This document shows positions 42,388 to 57,253 of a stretch of 64,000 nucleotides of DNA, piece after piece; positions within the stretch are counted from its first letter, which is position 1; every line of letters begins with the position of its first letter. The translations under genes and the position numbers were made by a program. The stretch comes from Eledone cirrhosa (Eukaryota). The DNA lies in assembly GCA_964016885.1 (NCBI GenBank), contig OZ024740.1, positions 16,244,001 through 16,308,000 of the forward strand. The letters are read 5' to 3'. Under the pieces are notes generated by a model. It made no database searches, had not been told where the DNA came from, and saw nothing but the letters and a program-made list of their open reading frames with translations.

Positions 42388-42845
42388 AAAATAAAGTAAA
42401 ATAAAAAGTCAAATGTTTAAAATTTAGCTTCGTTTATTACTGCTATATATATTTCGGTGACAGCCATCTTTGGCTGTGACCTCTTCAGGCAGTCCGAATT
42501 AGTGTGGTATAGACAAGTACATATGTTTCCAGTTCCTCAGTGAAATAACAACTCAACCAGGAACTGGGCATATCAGAGTATTGACAAAATTATACACCTC
42601 AACAACATATGTACTTGTCTATACCACACTAATTCGGACTGCCTGAAGAGGTCACAGCCAAAGATGGCTGTCACCGAAATATATATAGCAGTAATAAACG
42701 CAGCTAAATTTTAAACATTTGACTTTTTATTTTACTTTATTTTACATTACTCCGGAGTAACCAAACCAACCTGCGCACTTCGTCGAGTGCTCCAGCCTGC
42801 ATACTGAGGTGTTGGTATACAACCAACATATACTCAAAATCTACA
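42388..42845. mobile_element. Fold-back hammerhead mini-element (intact HHR at 42439-42493 minus and 42638-42692 plus)
   Basis: Near-identical to 35405-35925, with canonical CTGAAGA..GAAA..TA cores. Confidence 0.9.
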
Positions 42846-42854
42846 TATATATAT

Positions 42855-42932
<78 letters not shown>

Positions 42933-43585
42933 GAATGTATGAAATATGTATGTGTATATATATCAGATAGGGTGTGGTAAAAACCAGCTAGACCATAACC
43001 CAGCAGAGTACTCGACATTTGAGGTAGTAGAGTGGGTACGAGACACAAGTTCAATCGCCGCCATTCCTGTACTTCAGTAATGGTTCGCCTGGTATATATG
43101 TGTACTATTATATACACAGATATATTAGGCCAGTACGTAAGTATCATGAAAAAACTATAGCCTTAGCAATGTTAACAAGAGTTATTAGTTAGCATTCAAT
43201 TCTATTACTTCCTTTTGCCGAGGCGGTGTTTCTCAACCGGGGCCTTTGCCCCCACCCTCGGTGGTCATATGGAACATTTTTGGGGGGGCATATGATATTA
43301 ATGGAGCATTTGAAGCAATAAGGTGTATTCTTAATTTAGGGACAAAGTTTGTTGATCTGCGTGAAAAACTTGATTTCGAGACGTGATTTTTGCCTGCACA
43401 CATGTGAGTGCTCAGAAACTTGCTGACGTATGAGAGTATGCACTCTTTCTGTCTGCATATCCAGCCACAATACGTGACCTTGACCGTAATGTCGTGAAAA
43501 TTTCCGGCCAATATGTAACGTCATCCTATGGCTGCAGCGCATGAATATCGACTGGCCAGCTGAGACAACTGCTATTGTGTCTGAA

Positions 43586-43651
43586 TTGGCAGTATCGGTA
43601 GAGGGTCGAACACCATGCTTTCCAGCATAGTTACGTCCCTTTTTATGATCT
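43586..43651 (+). mobile_element. SINE 5' fragment (A-box region)
   Basis: TTGGCAGTATCGGTAGAGGGTCG..CATGCTTTCCAGCATAGTTACGTCCC matches 50290-50352. Confidence 0.75.
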
Positions 43652-43656
43652 CTCTG

Positions 43657-43693
<37 letters not shown>

Positions 43694-43934
43694 GAATATA
43701 TGTTTAGTATATTTGACAATATACCGTATGTGTAATTAAAAACATTTAGAAGACCATTCGCTATGAGTTTTAAAGTAGTGACTATGTCACTTATTTATTC
43801 TCGGCAAAAACAACCAGTAGTAGCCAAATATACTATACATACATTCATGTATACATCACTAATTCAGACCACTAAAACTAATACCATATATATATATATA
43901 AAAGACGTAAAATTTTTTACTTACTTAAATTTTC

Positions 43935-44016
43935 ACTCCAACTAATTAGTTTCTGCAATGGGATAAAGACAGTTACGTAATCCAACTGTCGAGAATTCAT
44001 TGCGTCATCAGGGAGT
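43935..44016 (-). ncRNA. Type I hammerhead ribozyme with extended stem II
   Basis: ACTCC-CTGATGA-[GCAATG..GACAGTT/AACTGTC..CATTGC]-GAAAC-TAATTA-GTT-GGAGT. Confidence 0.82.
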
Positions 44017-44441
44017 CTATTCTCAGCTAAGTCTCCAGGCAATGCGCGGACACTGGCGGCTCATATAAAAATAATAATAATTCGGTAGATAGAACAGCTG
44101 GCGAGGACTGGATTCCATGTACTGAAATTCTCAATGCTTCTAGTCAAATGGCCGATTCTAAAGAATCAATCACGTGACACAGAGGCTAGTTAGAAGGAAT
44201 GGGATGGTAAGATGACTGACGCCTACTAACACCCCAAACAATTTAGAAGTGGTTTTGGCAGGTTTGCTCGACAAATCAGTGATTTGGAGATAAATATAGA
44301 TAATTTAATATATCAACTAACATAAGCGCACAGATGCACGTCCATGCCAGCAAATACACAGGTTATGTCATAGTACCTAGGTGGTTCAATGCAGGAGGAT
44401 GCAGAACAATAATATAAAAGACGTAAAATAAGAAAATATAA

Positions 44442-44549
<108 letters not shown>

Positions 44550-44595
44550 GTATGTATATATATATATATATATTATGTATGTATATATATATATA

Positions 44596-44770
44596 TAACG
44601 AAGGAAATGTGGTAAGGAACCAGGTGGACCATAACGCACCAAAGTACTCAATACTTAGGGTAGTAGAGTGGGTAATAGGAACGAGTAGGACCCCGACGGC
44701 TGAGCTCAAGCCGTTTCGACGGCTAATTCGTCGAAACGGCTTGAGCTCAGCCGTCGGGGTCCTACTCGTT

Positions 44771-44775
<5 letters not shown>
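44596..44775. mobile_element. Fold-back element carrying a hammerhead 3' half (long stem III) and a GAGTACT tail
   Basis: About 47-bp inverted arms around 44725; GAAAC-GGCT-TGAGCTC-AGCC-GTC; flanked by (TA)n. Confidence 0.7.
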
Positions 44776-44839
<64 letters not shown>

Positions 44840-45142
44840 TTGTGCATAGATAGGTACATCATCTGTTTAAAGGGGCATGTATATATATTGTTTAAGTTTG
44901 CTTGAAACATTGTGGAATATGAAAAATGATTGTTTTGGAAGCCTCTACGATGCAGATGGGTAAAGATTTACCCATCTGCATCGTAGAGGATTCTGATGAA
45001 CCATTTCAGACGTCTCTATTGAGCTCATCTGTCTTCCTGAAACCTTTGGAAAATGGAATAATTGTATTGTGCTGTTTATTATATAATTATATATATATAT
45101 ATATATTTAAATATATATATATTTAAATTTGATATATATATA

Positions 45143-48307
<3,165 letters not shown>

Positions 48308-48708
48308 ATATAATTACATATACATATGTGTGTGTTTATATTATATACGTGTACGTGTTTGTGTATGTATGTGTATGTACGTGTTTATGTATTTGTATAT
48401 GTATATTTATGTGTGAGAGTGTGTGTATGTGTTTACTATTTCGTACGTATGTATATGTGCTTTTGTGTGTATTACTTACCACGCGTGTCTGTCCTGTTAG
48501 CTGGGGCATGTATCGCTGTCAAAAATTTGTTAATATATATTTATATATATATATATATATATTTTTTTTTTCTTATATTTATTTGCGTGTGTGAATATGT
48601 AGTGGAGTGCATTCATGTATGTGTATGTATGTACGTTGTATGTTTGTGTGAATGTATGTATGTGTATATATATGTGTGTGTGTATGTGTATGCTTGTACA
48701 CACACACA

Positions 48709-48790
<82 letters not shown>

Positions 48791-48793
<3 letters not shown>

Positions 48794-49159
48794 GATATTA
48801 AATAAATGGAAACTATATTTATAAAACCATATTTATTTCATTATATATATTTCAGGGATATCATATTAACAATATGCTATGCCTCCCTCAGACAAAATAC
48901 AATATAAACAGTTTTATAGATAAATAGATTTGAAATCTATTTATCTATAAAACTGTTTATATTGTATTTTGTCTGAGGAAGGCATAGCATATTGTTAATA
49001 TGATATCCCTGAAATATATATAATGAAATAAATATGGTTTTATAAATATAGTTTCCATTTATTTAATATCGTAAATATACTCCAAATACTTGTCGAGTGC
49101 TTTTATATCAGTTATAAATATTTACTAGTTGTAACCCAACAATTTAAATATAACTTTCC

Positions 49160-49160
<1 letters not shown>
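48791..49160. mobile_element. Solo fold-back pLTR of the Naiad-type element (HHR at 48966-49029; mutated mirror at 48835-48898)
   Basis: About 140-bp arms around 48932, plus a tail nearly identical to 40885-40972. Confidence 0.88.
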
Positions 49161-49195
<35 letters not shown>

Positions 49196-49222
49196 ACATG
49201 TATATATATGTGTGTGTGTATG

Positions 49223-49253
<31 letters not shown>

Positions 49254-49719
49254 ATGTATGAATGTATGTATGTGTATATGTGTGTATATATGTGTATGTG
49301 TGTGTAGGTGTACGCTTTATATATATATATATATGTGTATATGTATATGTGTATGCGTACATTTATATATATTTTTTATATATATGTATATATGTATGTG
49401 TGTGTAAGTATGCTTTTGTGTTTTTTTTTGTGTGTGTTTGCATGTGTAGTTTTATTTTATTTTTCCTTTCCTTCTCCCTTTTCCAGCCTCACTTTCATAT
49501 AGATTGCATTTTTGTTTTTAGAATCCATATTCAATAAACAAACCAGGATTTTTCATTCTGAAGTTTGAAAGCAAAACCTTTTGCTTTTAAGAAACCACTG
49601 GTAAATGGAATAATTGTCTTATGTTGTTTATTACATAATAATAATAATAATAATTAAGCTCTGTTGCATACATAGAGCACTCTTTTTTCCTGGACTTTTC
49701 CGATGGAATTACTTCATTT

Positions 49720-49836
<117 letters not shown>

Positions 49837-50111
49837 AGATGGTAGTATGGACGAAACAAGAGAAGAAAAGAAATCCTTCAACAGCTGTAAAACCGAGATC
49901 AAGATGTTTCGGCACTTATATTCTTTAATTCTTTGCTCTTTGACAAATTCCAGCCCCATGTTAATGTTCAATCTGGAGAACCACTACTACTGTTGCTACT
50001 GTCTGTATATAACAATACTGTACTTTTTGATGTTTCTTATTGTGCTGCCAAATCTGTGTGGTGGTTCCTTGCTGCCGGATGTCAGTTACAAGTAACTGTA
50101 ACCTAGTATTA

Positions 50112-50467
50112 TTACGCCGTGCTTTCCAGCGTAGTGTCGTCTCTTTACGGTTTGAGTTCAAATCCCGCCGAGGTTAACTTTGCCTTTCATCCTTACGGGG
50201 TCGATAAAATAAAGTACCAGTAATGCACTGGGTAATTGCTGGCCTCATGCCAAAAGTAAAAACAATTATTATATATATATGGCGCTGGATTGGCAGTATC
50301 GGTAGAGGGTCGGACGCCATGCTTTCCAGCATAGTTACGTCCCTTTACGATCTGAGTTCAAATCCCGCCGAGGATGACTTTGCCTTTCATCCTTACGGGG
50401 TCGATAAAATAAAGTACCAGTAATGCACTGGGTAATTGCTGGCCTTGTGCCTAAAGTAGAAACAATT
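50112..50467 (+). mobile_element. Two tandem tRNA-derived SINE copies (50112-50267 partial; 50280-50467 near full-length)
   Basis: A-box TGGCAGTATCGG, B-box GAGTTCAAATCC and a conserved central domain resembling the Meta-SINE core (from recall). Confidence 0.87.
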
Positions 50468-50515
50468 ATTATTATATATATATATATAATTACATATATA
50501 TCAATATCAATATCA

Positions 50516-50631
<116 letters not shown>

Positions 50632-51010
50632 TATATATATTTCGTTTCTGAATTTGTTTAGCAAGATTCTTTATCTGAAAACGTGTGTTGAAACCGATAT
50701 TGTTATACTTTGGGAGGGTCATGTTGCCAATAAGAAACACACGCACCAGTTGCTTTCACTTCAATTTATTACAATAAATTTATTTATAAATTTAGGAATT
50801 TATAAATTTCCGGTTGGTTGGTCGGTTCCACAACCAGATGATTGTTTATATATTGTCAAAGTTCTTTCGTCACACATTCTGTGATCTCTTCAGTGGCTGG
50901 GGATTCTTTTCTTTGTTTTGTGCCTCTCCTTTGTTCTGTCCTATGCCATCTTGTTTTTGTGTGTTGTGTGCTTAGTTTGCGCATGTGTTACATTTATATA
51001 TATATATATA

Positions 51011-51075
51011 CAAGGGCGGTGCCCCAGCATGGCCTCAGCCAGATGGCTGAAACAGGTAAAAGAGTAAAAGAGTAT
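51011..51075 (+). mobile_element. Probable SINE 3' tail fragment
   Basis: GGCGGTGCCCCAGCATGGCC..TGAAACAGGTAAAAGAGTAAAAGAG resembles a common octopus SINE tail (recall only). Confidence 0.5.
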
Positions 51076-51174
51076 ATAAAAGAAATAAGATTTCGCTTCA
51101 AGCATAGCTTTATACAACATGTATAGAAACTTCGTATTTATATATATAATTTATATATATACATATATATATAT

Positions 51175-51287
<113 letters not shown>

Positions 51288-51437
51288 TGTGTGTGTGCGT
51301 GTGTATATGTATGTATATATATATATATATATATATATAAAAGTTTACATATATATATACATACACATACATATACGTGTTTTGCAACTGGTCACTTTGT
51401 GGCTCAATGAAAAATTAATAAATTAAACAATCAGAGC

Positions 51438-52365
51438 TATATATCATAAAACATGTCTATAGAATCACAAGATAAAATATATACTATTTCCTCTTCCAAT
51501 TAGCATAATTAACTATATAAAAAATCGAATAGACCAGGCTATACGAATGAGGCTTCTATGAAGGAATCTCCGACAAATAACCGAAACTAGCGCTTCGCGT
51601 CGGCCGTAGCGGAATATTTATCGAATATTTCGACAGCGTAATCGCCTAGATATAGTCAACTAAACAGAATTAGGTTTAAAATAAACTAGGAGAAAATAGA
51701 ATACATTTAAATACCTCTACCATGGTTTCGTCCGTGTTTTTAGTTTTCCAATAATTATATAATAATTATATAAACTCGAGCGCCGGATTCTTCAGGAAGC
51801 TCGCTCATATCTAGACATTAAATTTTCCAAAGCGATCGCGCCAAGAATTCATTTCAAAATGGCTAAAAATCGTGACGTAGTCGCGGTCAAGTTGGAGGGG
51901 TGTGGTAGTTGCTTACGACTGGTGGCATTTTTGCTAGAAAGCACAGCACAATACAGCCAAATGAATTCTTGGCGCGATCGCTTTAGAAAATTTAATGTCT
52001 AGATATGAGCGAGCTTCCTGAAGAATCCGGCGCTCGAGTTTATATAATTATTACATAATTATTGGAAAACTCAAAACACGGACGAAACCATGGTAGAGGT
52101 ATTTAAATGTATTCTATTTTCTCCTAGTTTATTTTAAACCTAATTCTGTTTAGTTGACTATATCTAGGCGATTACGCTGTCGAAATATTCGATAAATATT
52201 CCGCTATGGCCGACGCGAAGCGCTTGTTTCGGTTATTTGTCGGAGATTCCTTCATAGAAGCCTCATTCGTATACCTGGTCTATTCGATTTTTTATATAGT
52301 TAATTATGCTAATTGGGAGAGGAAATAGTATATATTTTATCTTGTGATTCTATAGACATGTTTTA

Positions 52366-52372
<7 letters not shown>
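51438..52372. mobile_element. Large inverted repeat (about 415-bp arms, 105-bp spacer), each arm with a hammerhead (51714-51799 minus, 52014-52099 plus)
   Basis: 51438-51853 mirrors 51959-52372 with few mismatches; CTTC-CTGAAGA-ATCCG..CGGAC-GAAAC-CATG-GTA-GAGG. Confidence 0.88.
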
Positions 52373-52403
<31 letters not shown>

Positions 52404-52408
<5 letters not shown>

Positions 52409-52753
52409 TGTATGTATAGTATATTTGGCAATATGCCGTATATTTAATTAAAAACATTTAGAGGACCATACGCTATTCGTTTTAAAGTAGTGACTATATC
52501 ACTTAATTCTCTTCGGCGAAAGAAGGGAAAGAAGTTAACAGTCCGTTTCACGCTGGTTGGCGTTCATCAGAGCTACGTACTCCCCTGCTTCCGCCGAAAA
52601 TTATAGAAGCTGGCTTCTTATAGAATTCCAGTAATAATCAGGACCTGATTATATAGAGCGATTGCCGGTCCAGCAAAAATTAGATATTAGGATTGGTGCT
52701 CTGAAATAGCGATGTATACATGAATGTATGTATAGTATATTTGGCAATATACC

Positions 52754-52818
<65 letters not shown>

Positions 52819-52988
52819 CATACATACATAAATATATATATACTGTATATTGCCAAATATACTATACATACATTTATGTATACATCGCTATTTCAGAGCA
52901 CCAATCCTAATATCTAATTTTTGCTGGACCGGCATCAAGTGCTCAAACGGCCTACCGCATACGGACGCTTTAAGCATCCAACAGCAAT

Positions 52989-52992
<4 letters not shown>
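52404..52992. mobile_element. Hammerhead element family (HHR 52533-52574 minus) with inverted tail pieces; relatives at 43690-43885 and probably 37580-37800
   Basis: AGCT-CTGATGA-ACGC/GCGT-GAAAC-GGACT-GTT-AACT; 52665-52755 mirrors 52843-52934; 52404-52520 resembles 43692-43808. Confidence 0.75.
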
Positions 52993-53075
<83 letters not shown>

Positions 53076-53079
53076 GTGT

Positions 53080-53138
<59 letters not shown>

Positions 53139-53177
53139 TGTGTGTGTGTTTGTGTGTGTGTATGTGTGTGTGCGTGC

Positions 53178-53230
<53 letters not shown>

Positions 53231-53375
53231 CGCATGTGTGTGTGTGTTTGTGTATGTGTGTACGCACGTACAAACAAAATTTACCTCATAAAAAGTAAAG
53301 AAATATTTCAGTGTCACTTATTGACTTTTATTTGAGTTGACACTGAACATGGAACATTGTTATGGCAGCTCTGGT

Positions 53376-53448
<73 letters not shown>

Positions 53449-53551
53449 CACAGATAAATACATACATATATATACATACATACATATACACATACATATA
53501 CACATACATACATGCATATACACATACACATACACACACATTTGTATATAA

Positions 53552-53582
<31 letters not shown>

Positions 53583-53649
53583 ATACATACATATACACAT
53601 AATACATACATACATACATACATATACATACATACATATAAACATACAG

Positions 53650-54455
53650 AAAAAATTGACCAATTTACAGAAAAAGTTGCCTGGCATGGAGTTCCGACAA
53701 GTTTATGACATCACACCTTGATGGATATGTCTATGCAATACAAGAACAAGAACTCCCTACCAAATATCTGTTGCACAAAAGGGGAGGGCCATCAGCTGAC
53801 AATAAATGTAGGCTATGTAAAACAAAGATCGAAGATGTAAGCCACATTGTTGCCAGCTGCGAAAGAATGTAATTTCGTTACTACCTCCCCATGAGAGACG
53901 ATGGGATAGCTAGAACCATCTGGAACGCACTTCGGAAAACAAAATTAACAACAAACGAGGAAGAATATATTGAGACAGATGGCACTAAGGGATACTGGTG
54001 GAACCAGAAAATAAAAACTGCCACCAAATTAAAGCACAACCGGCCTGATATTGTTGTTTGGAACCACACATTGAAAACGTGTTCTGTTGTGGAGATCAGC
54101 TGCCCACTTGATGTAAACGTTGTTAGAAAAATACAGGAGAAGGAGGACATCTACGGACCATTGATGAGGAGTTTACAAATCCAGTATCCAAGATACACCT
54201 TTAGCTTCATACCCATCATTATTGGAGCTACGGGTTATATACCAATCCGCTTGGACCAATGTATAACTGAACTTGGATTTGCGGACAAAGAGCGCAGCTC
54301 CCTAATTCATAGTCTACAAATGGCTGCGATAGCTGGTACCTTCAAAGTTTGCAAAACATTCTTGCGATTCAAGGGATGACAATTTCTTTTCTTTTACAAC
54401 CTTGCCACCAGGAAGGTGGCCGGTCAAAAATATACTCGAAATTAAGAGAAAGAGA
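53650..54455 (+). mobile_element. R4/Dong-like non-LTR retrotransposon 3' fragment (CCHC finger plus restriction-like endonuclease)
   Basis: GYVYAIQEQELPTKY, CRLCKTKIEDVSHIVASC, MRDDGIA, HNRPDIVV..VEISCP..EKEDIY..PIIIGATG; in-frame stop near 53870. Confidence 0.85.
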
Positions 54456-54606
54456 GACATACATACATACATATACACATACATACATATATACATACAT
54501 ACGAATGTGTACCTGCCGCGTTATAAAAGTTTGTATGCATGTATGTACATAAGTATGTAAGTATGCATGCGTGTATGTATGTATATATATATATATATAT
54601 ATATAT

Positions 54607-54790
54607 AATTGTTTCTACTTTTGGCACAAGGCCAGCAATTACCCAGTACATTACTGGTACTTTATTTTATCGACCCCGTAAGGATGAAAGGCAAAGTTAA
54701 CCTCGGCGGGATTTGAACTCAGATTGGAAAGGGCCGTAACTCTATGCAACAAAGCATGGCGTCCGACCCTCTACCAATACTAGACAGTTA
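54607..54790 (-). mobile_element. tRNA-derived SINE
   Basis: Reverse complement of 50285-50467. Confidence 0.87.
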
Positions 54791-55010
54791 CTTTAGTCCA
54801 TCCCAATTTATCTTATTATACATACAAAAAATATATTTATTGATATATAGAATATATCCATCAACCTTTCAAAAAAAGTAAATCATACACAAAACGTCAG
54901 CATCAACAGTTTTGCAAGAGATGGCAACATCAATGGACCTGTTATTTTCCTCCGTTTCCGCCCTGCTAGTCTCCTCAATCTTTCTAGTTCTTCTTTAATT
55001 TCTCATTCTT

Positions 55011-55136
55011 TCTTCTGATGAAGGACAAGCGTCCAAAACGTTAAGACTCTCTTACTGCAATTTCAAGTGTTAAACTAATATATTTCTTTCAAGTACTGTG
55101 CTGTTGGTTTTGTTATTTTTGTTATTTCTGTTTACC

Positions 55137-55140
<4 letters not shown>
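55011..55140 (+). mobile_element. Minimal-hammerhead element ending at (AC)n; relative at 42125-42235 (-)
   Basis: TCTT-CTGATGA-A-GGAC-AAGC-GTCC-(A)AAA-CG-TT-AAGA; the 42.2-kb copy keeps GTCCGAAACGTTAAGAC and the same TTATTTCTGTTTACCTTTT end. Confidence 0.7.
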
Positions 55141-55231
<91 letters not shown>

Positions 55232-55764
55232 CTCTCTCTCTCTCCCATATGCATACACACACATATGTACATCAATATGCACTTGAACATACCTATGTAG
55301 GTGTGTATATGTAGGTGTGGATCTTATTTGTAATGGTCAAGATACAGACAGTCTTAGAATCATCAATACTACATTGGTTTCATTCCCCTCAGGTAAGACA
55401 CTTGGGTTGAGAAATCGGTACCAGTATGTCTGGAAAGTTAAGTTGCAAAAGTACTAGCGCCATAGCCAGGGGCTATTACATACTTATCATAACAGAAATA
55501 AAAGATAAGGACCATTTCCGAAATATATCCAGACATTCAGATAGGTGTAAATTATAAATTTACAGTAGTTCTTGAAGATTAATAGTTTTAGGTATGACTC
55601 TCTGATTTAGTAAGTTCGTTTTACATCTCCGTCATTTAGGATTCGACCCCTCCACTTGCGTGGCGAGGACCCTGGGAAAATATCTACTACTGAAGCTCTC
55701 TGTGTCCTAAGGTATTATGTGAAACTGTGTAACAGTGTAACGTCAATAGAGATTCTATTTGAAC

Positions 55765-56785
55765 ATGACTGAGTTAATCTATCACTCGTGCCAACACCGT
55801 CTTGTGACTGAGTTAATCCATCGCCCCTTTCAACACTGTCTTGTGACTGACTGAGTTAATCCATCGCCCCTTTCAACACTGTCTTGTGACTGACTGAGTT
55901 AATCCATCGCCCCTTTCAACACTGTCTTGTGACTGACTGAGTTAATCCATCGCCCCTTTCAACACCGTCTTGTGACTGACTGAGTTAATCCATCGCCCCT
56001 TTCAACACTCTCTTGTGACGACTGAGTTAATCCATCGCTCGTTTCAACACTCTCTTGTGACTGACTGACTGAGTTAATCCATCGCTCGTTTGAACACCGT
56101 CTTGTGACTGAGTTAATCCATCGCCCCTTTCAACACTGTCTTGTGACTGACTGAGTTAATCCATCGCTCGTTCCAACACCGTCTTGTGACTGAGTTAATC
56201 CATCGCCCCTTTCAACACCGTCTTGTGACTGACTGAGTTAATCCATCGCCCCTTTCAACACTGTCTTGTGACTGACTGAGTTAATCCATCGCCCCTTTCA
56301 ACACCGTTTTGTGACTGACTGAGTTAATCCATCGCTCGTTTCAACACCGCCATGTGGCTGAGTTAATCCATCGTCCCTTTCCACACCATCCTTTGAATGA
56401 CTGAGTTAATCCATCGCTCGTTCCAACACCGTCATGTGGCTGAGTTAATCCATTGCCCCTTTCAACACCGTCTTGTGACTGACTGAGTTAATCCATCGCC
56501 CCTTTCAACACCGTCCTGTGACTGACTGAGTTAATCCATCGCCCCTTTCAACACCGTCTTCTGACTGACTGAGTTAATCCATCGCCCCTTTCAACACCGT
56601 CCTGTGACTGACTGAGTTAAGCCATCGCTCGTTCCAACACTGTCTTGTGACTGACTGAGTTAATCCATCGCTCGTTCCAACACTGTCTTGTGACTGACTG
56701 AGTTAATCCATCGCTCGTTCCAACACCGTCTTGTGACTGACTGAGTTAATCCATCGCTCGTTCCAACACCGTCTTGTGACTGAGT
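55765..56785. repeat. 39/43-bp minisatellite (GAGTTAATCCATCGCCCCTTTCAACACCGTCTTGT[GACT]1-3), about 24 copies
   Basis: GAGTTAAT recurs at 55810, 55853 and onward. Confidence 0.95.
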
Positions 56786-57253
56786 GTCTTTAGTTTGTGG
56801 TAATATACAAACATCTTTCATTTTCACTTTCTTTCAGATACATTCACTTAATTTTTATTACCTGCAGTTTTTATATACCTAAAACGAAACACCCCCTCAG
56901 ATATTTAGAACAAATTTTGACAGGGTTTTACATACATATAATACTAGCTGGAAAACAGCAAGCAGGGGAGATAAAAATGATGATAATAATAATAATAATA
57001 ATAATAATAATGTTTTCTTTATTAACCACAAGGGTTCACATAAAGTAGACATTAAGGACAGTACAGGACAATACAGGACGGTACAAATGGGCATTTCTGC
57101 GTGTAAAAAAACAGAGGTTGAAATAAAATAACAAAGAAAAATTCCCCAATAGGGGGAGACTTCCAAGGGACATTTGTGGAGAAAGCCCATTAAAAGACCA
57201 CAGTGGCCCTGACCACCAGGGCAAGTGCCCTCTCCCAGTTTTCCACCTTTAAT

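Noticed and set aside
43225-43520. hAT/MITE termini (GTGTTTCTCAACC here; similar ends near 49570 and 55405)
   Set aside because: Only single short terminus-like motifs, with no paired TIR or target-site duplication identified.
50280-50370. tRNA gene
   Set aside because: A and B boxes are present but there is no cloverleaf; it continues into a SINE body repeated elsewhere in the window.
50670-50710. Hammerhead TAT-CTGAAAA..GAAAC..GTT-ATA
   Set aside because: G8 is missing and stem II does not pair.
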